64,000 nt of DNA from Takakia lepidozioides (taxonomy: Eukaryota > Plantae > Bryophyta), in NCBI GenBank assembly GCA_030704615.1, contig CM060733.1, positions 3,410,001 through 3,474,000 on the forward strand, read 5' to 3'. A model generated the notes under the pieces. The model saw nothing but the letters and a program-made list of their open reading frames with translations. It made no database searches and had not been told where the DNA came from. Shown piece by piece: positions 51,601 to 63,763 of this stretch. The stretch's first letter is position 1. The number at the start of each line of letters is the position of its first letter. Position numbers and translations under genes: made by a program.

Positions 51601-53432
51601 CATAACCGCAATCCTCAATCCCCTCCTACAAGGCATGAGGCACTGCTGATGGCAGACACAGAGGGGAGGATTGGTTCTCCAGTTAAAAACCATCAAAAAA
51701 TGTCACCGAAATTTTCCCCTCCCTTCACTATGCCAACTGCAGAAAGTTCCCCAATTTTTGCTCGGATGATGTCATGCTCTTTGCAGGGATTGTCAGATGT
51801 GAAGGCCCCAGGGAAACCTTCTCCACAAACCAGTCGAGTGGAAGATGAAGGAGACGAGATTGTACAAGAGGAGAGGGTGCGGCAACCACCGACAGGCTCT
51901 AAACTTCTCGGTGTTCCTGCATATGCCCCTATGCCCGCAGCTCACTTGACTTTTTCAGCTGGAGAACCCTCATTGCCTTTGTCTCTGAACTTCTCACCAA
52001 AACCCCCTAGTCCCTTGGGACTGAGTCCAAAGGTCTCCACAGGTCAGTGTAAACCTCTTGAGCAGTTCACTGTCAATCCCAATAATTTGTGAAGCTTGGT
52101 CGGTTCTGCTCTAGGTTCTTTTGTAGGATTTTCTGATTGCTTGTCTGGAACGGCTTTTGCTTCCTCTTTTGTCATTGCAAGGTAAGAGGTTCTAACAATG
52201 CTTGAATCCTCATCTTCCATTCCAATGATCATTGTGGCATGGTCAAAACTTCGCATAAATGAATCCCTTATTCCGACTTGTTGAGTACTCCTAACATTCT
52301 GAAAGGAACTTGCCTAGACGTTTCTTGGAAAGATGGTGGGAAAGGGAGTTAGAGTGTCTTATCTGAACCTGAATTTTATCATCAGGTATGTTTGCTTCAC
52401 CAGAAGAGGAATGGGGAAAATCTCTTGCTCTCTCTGCCATCCCTGCGGCTTCTCCTGCTGAGGTGGACTCCAATCCAGGCAGGCATAGGCTACTGAATTA
52501 TCAAGAGCGCTTTATACAGTTGCAGGCATTTCTCAAAAGCTGCGATGAAAGCGATCAGAAGGATTTGCTGCAAGGTATGTTCTAGACAGGATGGTTGATC
52601 TGTCTGAATAGTCCATTGTCTAGAGTTTCTTTTTTAGTTCCAGATGCCGGGGAGGAGATTGTTGCCCTTTCCCTTCTGATTGTTGGGTGCGAATGTATCC
52701 TAATGGGATACTAACCCACAACATCCTGTGGGTACCACAACGGTCTCAGAAAGTGACCTTGCACAGCCAATTACTAGAGATTGATGGTTCAATGAGTTCT
52801 GCGATTGGCATCAGATAAGACATGCTACGTTGACTCCTGCATTGCATCCCTCTCTGGTTGACAGAATTGTTGTAAGCAGGCTGATTTACAATGTTATTGT
52901 AGTTACTTTCTGCCAATATTATGCTTATGATTCAACTTGGCTGTGTATGTATATCAGCGTTGCGGTCGCTTTCAGCAGCTGCTCGAAGTGGCCATGCTGT
53001 TGAACTGGAGACTCGAGCAATGTGGCTTTCTATTGAAGAAGGTAATTCCAGGTCCGGAATTTTTGCTGGAATCTTTCCGATAGTATGTGGCCTGTTTTCC
53101 AGTGGTCCTTGCCATGAAATGTTAGGAGATAATGTATCTGCTGCAGCTGGTTGAAGGGTTTCGTTAGCCATATTTTTATGGCATTTTGTTTTTCTTTTCG
53201 CTGTGCAGGTAAGGAAATGAGTCGAGTGAAGACACTCAATGTGATGGGACGGGGTATGTACCCCAGATTGCAAAATGAGTTGGGTGGAGAGACTCCGCAG
53301 GGTGTGCGATTGCCTGCATTTAGCAACCAAGCAGAGCTGAGTCAGCAGACATTTCGTGGTTCCACTGCACAGATGCTGATGTCAGCATCTTCGCCCTCAT
53401 CAGTCCATGCTGCTGCCCCAAATTTCACCTAG
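48691..53432 (+). CDS. Multi-exon protein (~930 aa) with long low-complexity N-terminus and C-terminal LIN52-like (DREAM/MuvB subunit) domain
   Basis: Phase-compatible GT-AG exons: ~48691-48850 (uncertain), 49186-49292, 49890-50126, 50248-52042, 52386-52574, 52958-53041, 53209-53432. The spliced C-terminus YQERFIQLQAFLKSCDESDQKDLLQALRSLSAAARSGHAVELETRAMWLSIEEGKEMSRVKTLNVMGR resembles the LIN52 helical region as I recall it. Confidence 0.75.
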
Positions 53433-55581
53433 AAGTTGTCTTGATTGGAGTGAGAGGACATCTGTCAGTTCTGCCCAAAAGAGGTGCCTTCCCCTGCGAC
53501 TATTCGTCTTAAAGAGATTTATAGGGAGGGAATGTCCTCTTTAAGTTAATTACAGGTGGCAACAAACCCTGTAGCTCTTTATGGAGGGATCATAGAAAGA
53601 AATATTCATTGAGAAATATTCATTTGCTTGCCATAATAGCCTTGTTGTATGTATATGCTTTAACCAATACTTTCTTGTGGCATTTGTTGTCAGGGCAATG
53701 CAATGTTGCATGGATGCTGTACACAGAGTGAGGGTCAATGAGCTCCCTGGACAGCTCCCCCTAAAAAAGGGGTTTGGTTGTTTGAGACCCCGCAATTTTC
53801 CAATGTACATTCACACCTGCACAATTCAGCTTCTGGAATTCCTTTTATAGCCTGATCTTGTCAAAACTTCATCATTTGTGCAGTACGCCTGTATGGCTGG
53901 ATTAGACCTTTGTCATGCATGCAATATCCTAGCAAGGAGAGACAAACCCTCCATCCTACTCACAGCTAGCCAAATGGCATTGTCCAACATGGAATGTTGG
54001 GTTCCTGGGCCTGACTCCATAGCAGTGAGGCAATGTGAAAATTTTGTATAGAAACCTGTAGGGAATTGTGACTCTGGCAACTGGGAAGAGCTTTCACCCA
54101 TTTCTTGTGCAGGATATGGTGATTGTTTCCTGCCCCAAGGTGTTCCACATTGGCATTGGTTGATTTATCGACTCTACAATGTAATTTGCTCAAATTTGTT
54201 TTTCTACACCTTGTCTGTGCCCTTTCCTTGTATCTCATTTATAGACACTAAGTTTATTTGCTCTTAGCCTTGCAGTATTTCCAGGTCTCCTTCATGTTTG
54301 TGACAGTAGAGAGTCATATTTCTAACTGAAGGCTGGTGGTAGTACGCGATGCATTTGTCAAATAAAACTTGACAGAGTTCCATTGTGGCGGTAGTTATCT
54401 GTTAGGATCCACTACAAGCTGTGAAAGTATTATATGATAGTTCTGAGCTCCACAGTTCTACTATCTGTGTGTGATGAGAATCACATATGATTTCTGTGTT
54501 CTTAAACCTCAACGACACTCCTCAGGAAGGGATGTACATGAATTTCAAAACCTGACTAATTCTTTTGGTTGCTGGCATTAATGATATTCCCCTGCAGACA
54601 AGCATTTGTGTAAGGCGAAAGTGCTTGCAGATGGCCTTTAAAAGACCAGACCTGTAACAAGCTCATATGCCACTCAAACATTCACTTCTGTGCACTGATG
54701 CTCACAAACTGGCACAGTTCATGTATCTAAGAAGTGTTTGGAGGCTGATTATGACCAGGCAAATGCATGTTCGCAAATTGTGTAGATTATATTTCAACCT
54801 GGATCAGAATTCCACAGCATTTGGGATGTGTCACACTGCTTTAGGGAGAAATGTGAAATTGTGCACCAACAGAATCTATACATGACCGCACTAATAACTC
54901 GTACCCATTCCCTCTACAAGGGATTGAGCATATCTTATCTGCAATGGTTCAAGGCCATAAACGTGGAGGAAATCACCTAGAAGGGAAAACCATATATCTC
55001 ACATTGTTGAAGTTTCTGAGAGCAACTTCTGAAGGAGCAATGCTTTTGACAAAGAACTGTGCAAATTACATGTGTGTTATGCTCTTATCAGCGGGGCTGC
55101 AACCCTTACAGATCGACAATGAAAGTGCAGTTCTAATCTCGCTTCTGATCTTCTGTGTGATCAAATTTCAGCTTTGCAGGAAAGAGGTCAGTGTCAGAAA
55201 CATCATGGCGTAGGGAAGCTTGGTTTGGTTGCAGCTGGTTTCCACAAGAAAACCTAGACTTTTGTGCCTAAGCTAAGATTGCAAGTGCAGCCTCGAAGAG
55301 ATGTTAATATGTTGTTTTGGACAACAGGGTATGGCATACCAAATGCCTGACAATTCTACTATCATCTACAACCCTCACAAATCAAATGCCCATGTCTTCA
55401 TCCCACTTGTTCAGCAAATATTCTCTAATAGATTCTTAGATCCTTTAAAATTATGCTTAGATGCTTTCAACTTTGATTTGTTGGGCATGTGGTACACGAA
55501 GGAATGCCGTATGACCACGTCCCTCGACAAATCAACCTACTTGTTCACACCACTTGTTGACAACATGGGCGTCAATAACGT

Positions 55582-55681
55582 AGGTGGCGCCACTAAGGCA
55601 CGCGGCGCCAACAAGGTTCGTGGCGCCACTAAGGCACGCGGCACCAACAAGGTTAGTGGCACCAACAAGCTTAATGGTGCT
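55582..55681. repeat. 18/36-bp tandem repeat just outside the retroelement 5' boundary
   Basis: ggtggcgccactaaggcacgcggcgccaacaaggttc repeated with decay. Confidence 0.8.
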
Positions 55682-58262
55682 GTCAAGTTATTTTACCACT
55701 AGTGTGAAGTTAGCTAGGAAATAGCTAGCTTTTATATATTGACATTTGGGATTGACCCAAGTGTCAATCCAGGGGCCAATACATGTTTGGGCACCTGGCG
55801 TTGTTATCTTCACGGCAGATCGCGGTGGGCTCATCTTTATCGAGTTGAGCCTCACCACGTCTAGCTATGGCGCCGTAGTGTGGATTCCCCATGGCGTAGG
55901 GTGCACTTGGCTCGACTTAATATATGAGTGATGTTTTCATGTGCAAGTGTGTGAGTTTGAGAGAGTTTGTATGCTTGTATTATCTCTTTTCCTTATCACT
56001 CGAGAAAGATCAGCTCGAGTATGTGAGTGCCAGGTTCGAGTTGTTTTGTAGCACTTGTGTTTTCATGAGAAGCGGTTCAGCCTCGAGTGTAGGGATCCAT
56101 GCGTGAACCTATCCAAAGCGGATAGAGTGCAAAGGCGAACAGGTTGCAGGTTTGAATGGATAGAGAGGCGGATAGCCTATGTTGAAGAGCGGCGTTGCAT
56201 AGCTCAACGCTATGGCAACCAAGTTTGGGCTTCTAGTGTGAAGCGGAGGAGATGCTGGCCACGAGTGGGCGAATTGGTGGTCGTCTTTTTCAGTTGCAGG
56301 CCGAGTTAAGAAGCTGCAGGAATGTGGGATGCGCATGGGAAGCTAGCATGTTGCAGGTTGGAGATGATATGATCAGCTCCAGGTATTTCTGCGGGTAGAT
56401 GAGGAGCAGCCGAATGGTGGAGCTGCGAGGGGATGCATCGCAGCCCGTTGGGAGCTTCAGCTCTAAGTTCATGAAGAGGTATGAGTGAAGAGAGGGGGCT
56501 GGTCCCTCTTGTGTGCAAATCAGTGCACTTGTGAAGCATATGCTGAGTTGGAGTTTCAATCTGAAACTCAGCAATGTAAGGGCTCTTGCAAGAGCGGGGC
56601 TGGAAGGGCAGCAACGAGGCGCCCTAGAGCCAAGGGAGATGCATGAGAAGTGCAGGTGCACCAAGTTTGTAAAGGTGTGTATTTTTAGATTTGTTTTTGT
56701 GAGCTTCATGAATAAAAGGGAGCTTGTTGGGCAGTATATAGCTTGCTTGTTGAGTTGGAGGCACTTCTAGTGGGCCGTAAGAGCTCAGGAGTGCAGGGCG
56801 ACGGGGCTGATGGCTCCGCAGAAGCCATAGCTCGTCGGCAGCAGGTGCTGGAGCAAACCCCAGCTCAGGAAGAGCTCGGGAACGCGTGGGAACGCCCCGG
56901 GAACTCATGGGAACTCGTTGGGAGTTCCAGGGAACGCAGGGAATAATGGCCGTGATGGGCCGTTGGAGCGGTATCACGAGATACCACGAGCCCAGGTCGT
57001 GATGGTTGACCGTGACCGTTGGAAGTCGTGATGCGGACACAACGGGTGGGCACAGTGACCAGCTCGTGGGGATGGCGGGTCGTGAAGGCTCGTGGGAGTG
57101 GTACCACGGGGTATCACTGGGCAGCCCGTGGCCAACGAGTGCCTAGGGCGGGCCGTGAGGGTAGTGGCGGTTGGAGCCACGGAAGGCCGCGAACAGGCAG
57201 AGTGACCCAAAAAAAAAAAAAAAAAAAAAAACTTTTTTCACTCGTTTCGTGGGACCTTGATAGGGAGGCTGGGCTCTGAAGAACAACGGTTCTGAGCTAG
57301 CTGATCCGGCAGAAAAGTCGAAATTGCCTCCCTATTGCGTTTTAACAAAGGGGATTACTTCTCTTCAAGTAATCTTTTCGGGTTTTCAGCCCAGTTCTTA
57401 ACTATGGGGGAGACCAGCCTGCAGGTAATTCCTTTGGACAGAATGTTGTTGGGGCCTATATGTACCTCTATTTGCTCCATCTTTGAACCTTCAGTGAATG
57501 GTTTCCTGAGGTGATTCCATTCTGAGGAATGGCTGGTGGACGTAAGGAGGCACTGGCGGACCCTGTGGAGGCTTGCATGGGGCCTTGGAGGCCAAGTTTC
57601 ATGAGCTCGTGGAGGGCGGTTTGAGGAGTGTCTACAGGATGCTCTCATGGTCATGCAAGTGAGAGAAGAGAAAAAAAAAAAGGTGTTGGGATGAGAGCGT
57701 GCTGGGGATAGGCATTGCTTTAGCTTCCCTTCCTCGGAGTTTTCCACCTTCTCTGTAGGCCGAGACCTTTCTGTAGGTGGAGGCAAGAGTCAGTCCGGGT
57801 TTGGGCTGGGTTGCAGGAGCGACATTGTGGAGAGATTTTTGGTGTGGGGGAGTTGTTGTTTTCATTCTTGTGGTTGGATCCCCTCCACACCTGCATGCTT
57901 GATTGTGTGGCATGCTAGTTTTGTGTGGGCGTTTGATTTTATAGGTGGTGGACTTGGGCTTGATCGCCAATCCCACCCTAGAGCATGTTGTCAATGGTGA
58001 GGCTGGATTGATGACCAGTCAGACCATCTTTGTTACTCATGTGATGAGGTTGGAGATGATGACCAGCCAACCATATGAGTGCTTGCGGTGGATGCAGATG
58101 CAGGTGCAGGCTATGTTATGAACCTAGTATTCCAAACCATAAGCCGCATCAGGTTCTCTACCCGGTTACCTTGTGGAGAGGGGGTTAGAGACAGGTTCAT
58201 GACCGGTTGAGTGTCAGTTTGTCAACACGGAGGTGCCACTAGTTGCTGGGGAAAGTGCCGGT

Positions 58263-59640
58263 ATGAGCACTAGCGATACTAGCGGGTATACGAGACGGGG
58301 TGTGCGGTTTAGGCCACCTTCACCTCATGTGTCTTCTACGGAAGGTTCTGATTCGGATTGTGAATCAGGAGGACTCACACCGGCAGTGCAAGTTGTTTTC
58401 TTGCCATTGTTGTGGGACATAATGGAGGAGATGTATGGAGCCACCAAGGGGCCACGAAGGTACTCTGGAGCGGTGGGCACCATTGAGTTGGATGATTTCA
58501 TTCAAGAGTTTGATAATTGGTGTGACTTGCAGCAAATGCGCAATCCATAACTGTTTACGCATTTTATGGCATGGAAGGGGCTGTTTCAGTACCTTGAGGG
58601 GCCGCCCATGGATGATTACCATGAGTTTAGGCGGGGGCACGATATTGAGATTGAGGAGTGGAGGATGTACTGGTCACCCAACTATGTCTCCATCACTAGA
58701 GGCACAAGGGAAGCAGCCACACCGGCAGCTGCAGCTACAACAGCAGCTTCCACGAGCAGTAGTGGGACTAGTGGTACAGCAACTACGATGTCCACCCAAG
58801 CTACTGCTGCACCAGCACCAGTGGCGGCGCCTGCCTTCAACCCTGTTGTGGAGTTCTTCGAAGAGTTGAGAATGAACTACCAAGGGGTGAGGACAGAGAA
58901 GTTGAGGAGCTTGCAAGAGTTCCAACGGAAGCCTACTGAGAGCTTGAGGGAGGCTTTCACTCGCATGAGGCGCTTGATTATGTAACCCAAGGGGTTACGG
59001 AGGCTCAAGCAGTCCAATTCTGGTATGGGATATTGGACAAGGAGCTGAGGAGAAGGGTGCGGGATGCAACTCTCCTACAAGCGGCCCAACCCACCTTAGC
59101 AAATGTGTTTTTGCTGGCAGAGCGGATAGAGCTCAACATGGTGGAGGAACGAGTGGTCATGGTGGGATTTGCTAAGGAGGCACCACGGGGTAGTGATGCT
59201 CCTAGCTAGCCACTACCTCAACGTGCTCAAGACAAGGGAAGAGCAGAAAGGACCTCAGATGCAGGGGTCTCTCCCTTCATTTGCTAGCCAACAACGGGCA
59301 GATGTGGTGTGCTGGACATGTGGAGGACCCCATGTCAAGAAGGATTGCCCAGAGGGAGGCAATGGTTTGGCACCGGCACAGCCTACATAGTTGCAGTGTG
59401 GGCATTGTGGCAAGTACGGGCATGGAGAGGCCCAGTGCTATGGTTTGCATCCTGAGTTGCGCCCAGGCCAGTTCCAAGGGAACAATGGTGGCCGGGGGCG
59501 AGGTGGAGCAGCCCAGAGAGGACGAGGTGGCCAGGCACGAGGTGCATGCCAAGGGCAAGCTCAACATGGCCAAGGACGCGGAGGTCAGGGTGGTGACCAA
59601 GGCATGGCCAACCGGCTTCAGCAGCTAGAGCAGAGGCTCG
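58263..59640 (+). pseudogene. Gag with two CCHC zinc knuckles and an RGG-rich tail
   Basis: Gag-like RYSGAVGTIELDDFIQEFDNWC and FQRKPTESLREAFTRMRRL, then AVQFWYGILDKELRRRV after a frameshift at ~58982. Knuckles CWTCGGPHVKKDC and CGHCGKYGHGEAQC, followed by GRGRGG repeats. Confidence 0.85.
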
Positions 59641-59737
59641 TTGCCATGGCCACAGCTCAGGTGGTACCGGCTCCAAGGCCGGATGCTCCACCTCCTGCTC
59701 CTGAGGGAGGAGACTTAGGAGGCATGGGATTCATGTG

Positions 59738-59862
59738 TGGGGCAGCACTACCACTAGTGAGGGGTGCCACTAACACTACCACTATGGGTGGGGCACCACT
59801 ACCACTAGTGAGGGGTGCCACTACCACTACCACTATGTGCGGGGCACCACTACCACTAGTGC
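59738..59862 (+). repeat. In-frame 51-bp tandem repeat (2.5 units) in the gag-protease spacer
   Basis: Encodes GAALPLVRGATNTTTM / GGAPLPLVRGATTTTTM / CGAPLPLV. Confidence 0.85.
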
Positions 59863-60425
59863 AAGTGGAGTCAGTTGCGGCAGTGACTCGAGGAGCAGCA
59901 CGAGTTCCTGAGCCACGGTGTGCAGAGGTGGAGTTGGATCCACAGCGTGGGGAGGCAAGCCGTCAGGCCAGGCTTCCTCAGTCATTCACATTGGCGGAGA
60001 CAGTGTCGACGCCGTCCATGGCACCTAGTTCTCGCCCGACTGTTACCGAGGCGGAGGTTACTATGCCATTGGGGAGAGGTACACGGGCAGCACCACTACC
60101 TAGTGTTGCCAAGGCTACGGCAGCTAGTGTGCTGTTGGGGGCGGCCACAGCTGTGTGCCAGGCTCCATTGTTCTCGGCTACCATGATTGCGACGCCGGGG
60201 GTAAGACCAGCTGAGGTGTTCAGGCTGGCAGCTACACTCTGTGAGAGTGGGGAGGTTACTTCATCTTCTGCGGAGATAGTGGGAGGTGTAGTGCCGGAGG
60301 GATCCTCGGATGTGAGGGTCAAGACTGCCACGGCGGAGCCATGGCAAGCTGCAACTGCCAGGTTGATGGAGCTGTCAGCTAGGCCAGCCATTGAGCGTGC
60401 CATGGTGACACCTGGTGACACCTGA

Positions 60426-60860
60426 CACCATGGCATTTTCTATTTGAGTGGACCGGCAGGCAAGAGGTACCGGCCATTGCGAGTCTTGTTGGACTCGGGA
60501 GCTCAGCCATTGATGCTGGGCAGAGCTGCTATTGCAAGCTTGGGCCTCACGGAGGCGGATATGGAGCCGTGCCCTTTCCAGATACAGACATCTCTGGGAG
60601 GATCAGAGCAGGCTTGAGGCATGACACGGCGTGTGTTGGCTATCAGACTACAGCCGAATCATCCTACAAATGGCTTAGTGATAAGAGCCAAGGTCATTGT
60701 GACAGACGCAGTCTCGTACGATGTCCTTGTTGGTGGGGCAGTGTTGTACCCCATGCGCTTCACCCTGGATTTTTGGGAGGAGTCAGCTTCCTATAGGCCT
60801 CAATGGCAGTCAGGGGAGGGCCGGTGTGTGCAGCTCCCTGTGACGTTAATAAGAGGAGTT
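60426..60860 (+). pseudogene. Retropepsin-type aspartic protease
   Basis: RVLLDSGAQPLML (catalytic D at 60492-60494), then YDVLVGGAVL in the same frame across TGA 60615-60617. The DSG motif is missed by the ORF track. Confidence 0.85.
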
Positions 60861-61189
60861 GCGACAAGATGCCAACACTGGCAACATTCACAGCTGCACT
60901 GACTTGGCCTGGAGAGTTGTTGGATGACAACACTCATTCAAAGGATGTGTCACCTCCGGGAGAGCAAGATGATATGTATGGTATGGCGGAGTTGCCTGCC
61001 ATGGTTGCTCACACTCCATTGTGGGGCTCGAGCAAGGATTTGCAGCGGGTTGCTAATTGTCGTGTGCAACAAGCCTGGGTAGAGGTTTTTGTACCGTCAG
61101 GAGAGGAGGACAATGCGGGGATTGCACCAGGACCACCTCAATTGTCAACATTAGACATCACACCGATCGTGTGGCAGTGTCCGGATGAA

Positions 61190-62130
61190 GGCATTTGCCT
61201 TCTGGACTTGTTTGGCGGGATCAGCACCGGGTTGGCTGCTGTTCTACAGGCAGGTGTACGAGTACGACATTACCTGTATGTGGAGAGGGATGAGACTGCA
61301 CGACGCGTCTCCCTACGCCATGTTGCTCAGTTGGTACAGCAGTACCCTGAGTTGTTGCTGGTGTCTTCAGTTCATGGATATCAGCAGGCCTTGCCAGCAG
61401 ACATTGCTCGGGGCGCAGGATTTGGAGTGGATTGGCTCCATTAATTTGGTAGTGGCAGGTTGGCCCTGCCAAGGGCATTCATCAGTGGGGCATGACAATG
61501 GATTGCGAGACTCAAGGTCCGGTCTGTTTTGGGAAATGGTGCGAGTTTTGCGCCACTTACAGCTTCATCAAGTTATATCTCAAGCATACATCTTGGAGAA
61601 TGTGCCACTGATAGGCGATTCTCGGGCCAGGGTGATGGCCAGTGTGCATCAAGTCCGGTCGTGGCTTGGGTCAGCAGTGTTGCTGGATGCAGCTGCAGTG
61701 GGGTCGCGGGCTCATCATCCACGGTTATGGTGGACTAACTTGATGCCACCCGCACTGCTTAACCGTGCATTTGATGAGGTGCAGCGGCCAGCACAACTCA
61801 CAATGGATAGCATTTTGGACACAGGGTGGCAGTCTCAGCGTGTGAGACATGATGACCGTTTGCCTTTGGCAGTGGTCAACAAGGTGGGTCAACCACGAGC
61901 AGCACTATCTACACTGCTCAGCTTCCCAGGATCGCATGCTTTCCGGGATAGCGGACCTGGCCTCCTATGGGATGCTCAGTTGAAGCAGTTAGTGGAGCCT
62001 AATGCCGACGAGCGAGAGCGGGCTATGGGTTTTTCCACTGGGACTACGGCGGTGCCTTCTCTTTCTGAGGCATCACGTTGTCAGGTGTTGGGGCAAGCAA
62101 TGGATCTAAATTGCTTGACCTGGATTATCA
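61190..62130 (+). pseudogene. C5 cytosine DNA methyltransferase catalytic domain, DNMT3-like, within the polyprotein
   Basis: Motif I LLDLFGGISTG (61199-61231), II YVERD, III ADI, frameshift at ~61405, IV VVAGWPCQGHS (PC at 61464-61469), GLRDSRSGLFWEMVRVL, VI ILENV (61596-61604), VIII AHHPRLWWTN, IX ERERAMGFSTGTT, X RCQVLGQAMD. Confidence 0.92.
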
Positions 62131-62459
62131 GCTTGGCTATGGCTGAGCAACGTAAAGTGCGGAGTGCACTTCCCTTGACGGTCTCTCTGCCTACCGAGAC
62201 GGTACAGGCAGTGAGTGGGGGCGAGCCAGTATGGACCACGGGGTATAGACATCCATGGCACACGTGGGAGGTGCTCGAGGTTCAGAGGGAGTTGGCAGCC
62301 AAGGCGGCTGTGATGGATGAGGTTGGGGTTGAGGAGGTCCTCAAGGATGAGATGATGGGGCAGGATGAGGCTTTGTCATTGACTGAGCAAGCAGGGAGTA
62401 CTGCTCAAGAGGTTGCAGCATAGCAACCACGGGACGCGTTCTCTACCTCTAAGTCTGCT

Positions 62460-63710
62460 GGACTTATACATGAGGATTCGGTTGTGTTGGACTACCTCCG
62501 CACTGGAGACACGACAGCTAGTGTGACTGCAAGGGAGAGGGATCGGATCCTGCAACGAGCCAAGAGGTTCAAGTGGGAGGGGATACACCTACTTCGAGTG
62601 TGGGAGGATGGTTTGGTGAGGATCGTGCCTCACCCAACACAGCATGCACGGTTAGTGCGGCATGCCCATGAGGAGTTGGGGCATTTTGGAGTGCGACGCA
62701 CTCATAGTTTACTGCAGGGGCAATATTGGTGGCGTGGTATGCACACAAAGGTGCAACAGTTCGTGGCTAGGTGCATGGTGTGTGACAGGGTGCGTGCTTC
62801 ATTCAACGCCCCTACACCACAGTTGCAACCATTACCCATCATGGGATTGGGCTACAGGTGGAGTCTTGACTTCGCAGGGCCGTTGCCACTGACGATGCGC
62901 CACCACAAATATGTGTTGGTGATGGTGGAGCACTTCTCCAAGTGGATTGAGTTGGTTCCATTGCCTGACAAGGCTAGTGAGGGGGCTGCGTATGCATTCC
63001 TAGATCGTGTGCTCAGCCAATTTGGTGCTCCAGCTGAGGTACTCACAGACCAAGGGAGAGAGTTCTTGGGGGAGTTTGAGGCTTTGTGTGATAAAGCCTT
63101 GATAGACCACCGTACCACTTCTCGGGATCATCCTGAGGCCGATGGCTTGGCAGAGAGAGTGGTGCAGACAGTAAAGAGGGGTTTGCGCAAGTATGGCTTG
63201 CAAAAGGGACACCTAGGAGATTGGGATCTTCAGGTACCTTGGCTAGCCATGGGCTACAGGTTTAGCAAGCAAGCATCACTTGCCTCCTTCTCACCATATT
63301 TCCTTCTCTTTGGCCGAGAGCCAGATTTATTTGCCTGCGTCTATTCGTAGGGAGGCTGCAGTAGTCCTCAACCTTGATGATCCGGATGTGTGGACACAAG
63401 CATGTGCCCAGCAGGCAGAGTTGTTCAAGAGAGTCATGCCTATGGCTTTTGAGAATCTTGCTATTGCCCAACACCGAGACATATTGAGGTATGCCACTAT
63501 ACGTGGAGGGGGATATCGGCCAGGTGTGCATTTCCACCCTGGGGACTATGTGTATCTGCAGCAGACAGCGCCTACGACCTTGGATGTCACAGTAGGACGT
63601 GTGATTCTAAGGGTCAGGGAGGTATTGCCTTCAGGAGTGTTGATTCTGGAGAGTCGAGATGGCATGGTATGGAAGGACCATGTGCGTAATTGTGCGCCAT
63701 GTCACCTTCC
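62460..63710 (+). pseudogene. Integrase (HHCC zinc domain, DDE core, SH3-like C-terminal domain)
   Basis: HEELGHFG...CMVC, WSLDFAGP, VLTDQGREF, DGLAERVVQT and SPYFLLFGREP, then a frameshift at ~63328 and FHPGDYVYL...HVRNCAP. Confidence 0.93.
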
Positions 63711-63763
63711 ACATATGGATGGGAGGATAGATCCCAACTTTGCAGTGGTACCTGCAGGGTTGC

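Noticed and set aside
61190-62130. Host DRM/DNMT3 gene or bacterial restriction-modification contamination
   Set aside because: No introns or UBA/PWWP domains, motif order is not permuted, there is no endonuclease partner, and the domain is embedded between retroviral-type protease and integrase.
58548-62423. Stops corrected by U-to-C RNA editing or programmed read-through
   Set aside because: Plant reverse editing is organellar, and several accompanying frameshifts indicate ordinary decay.
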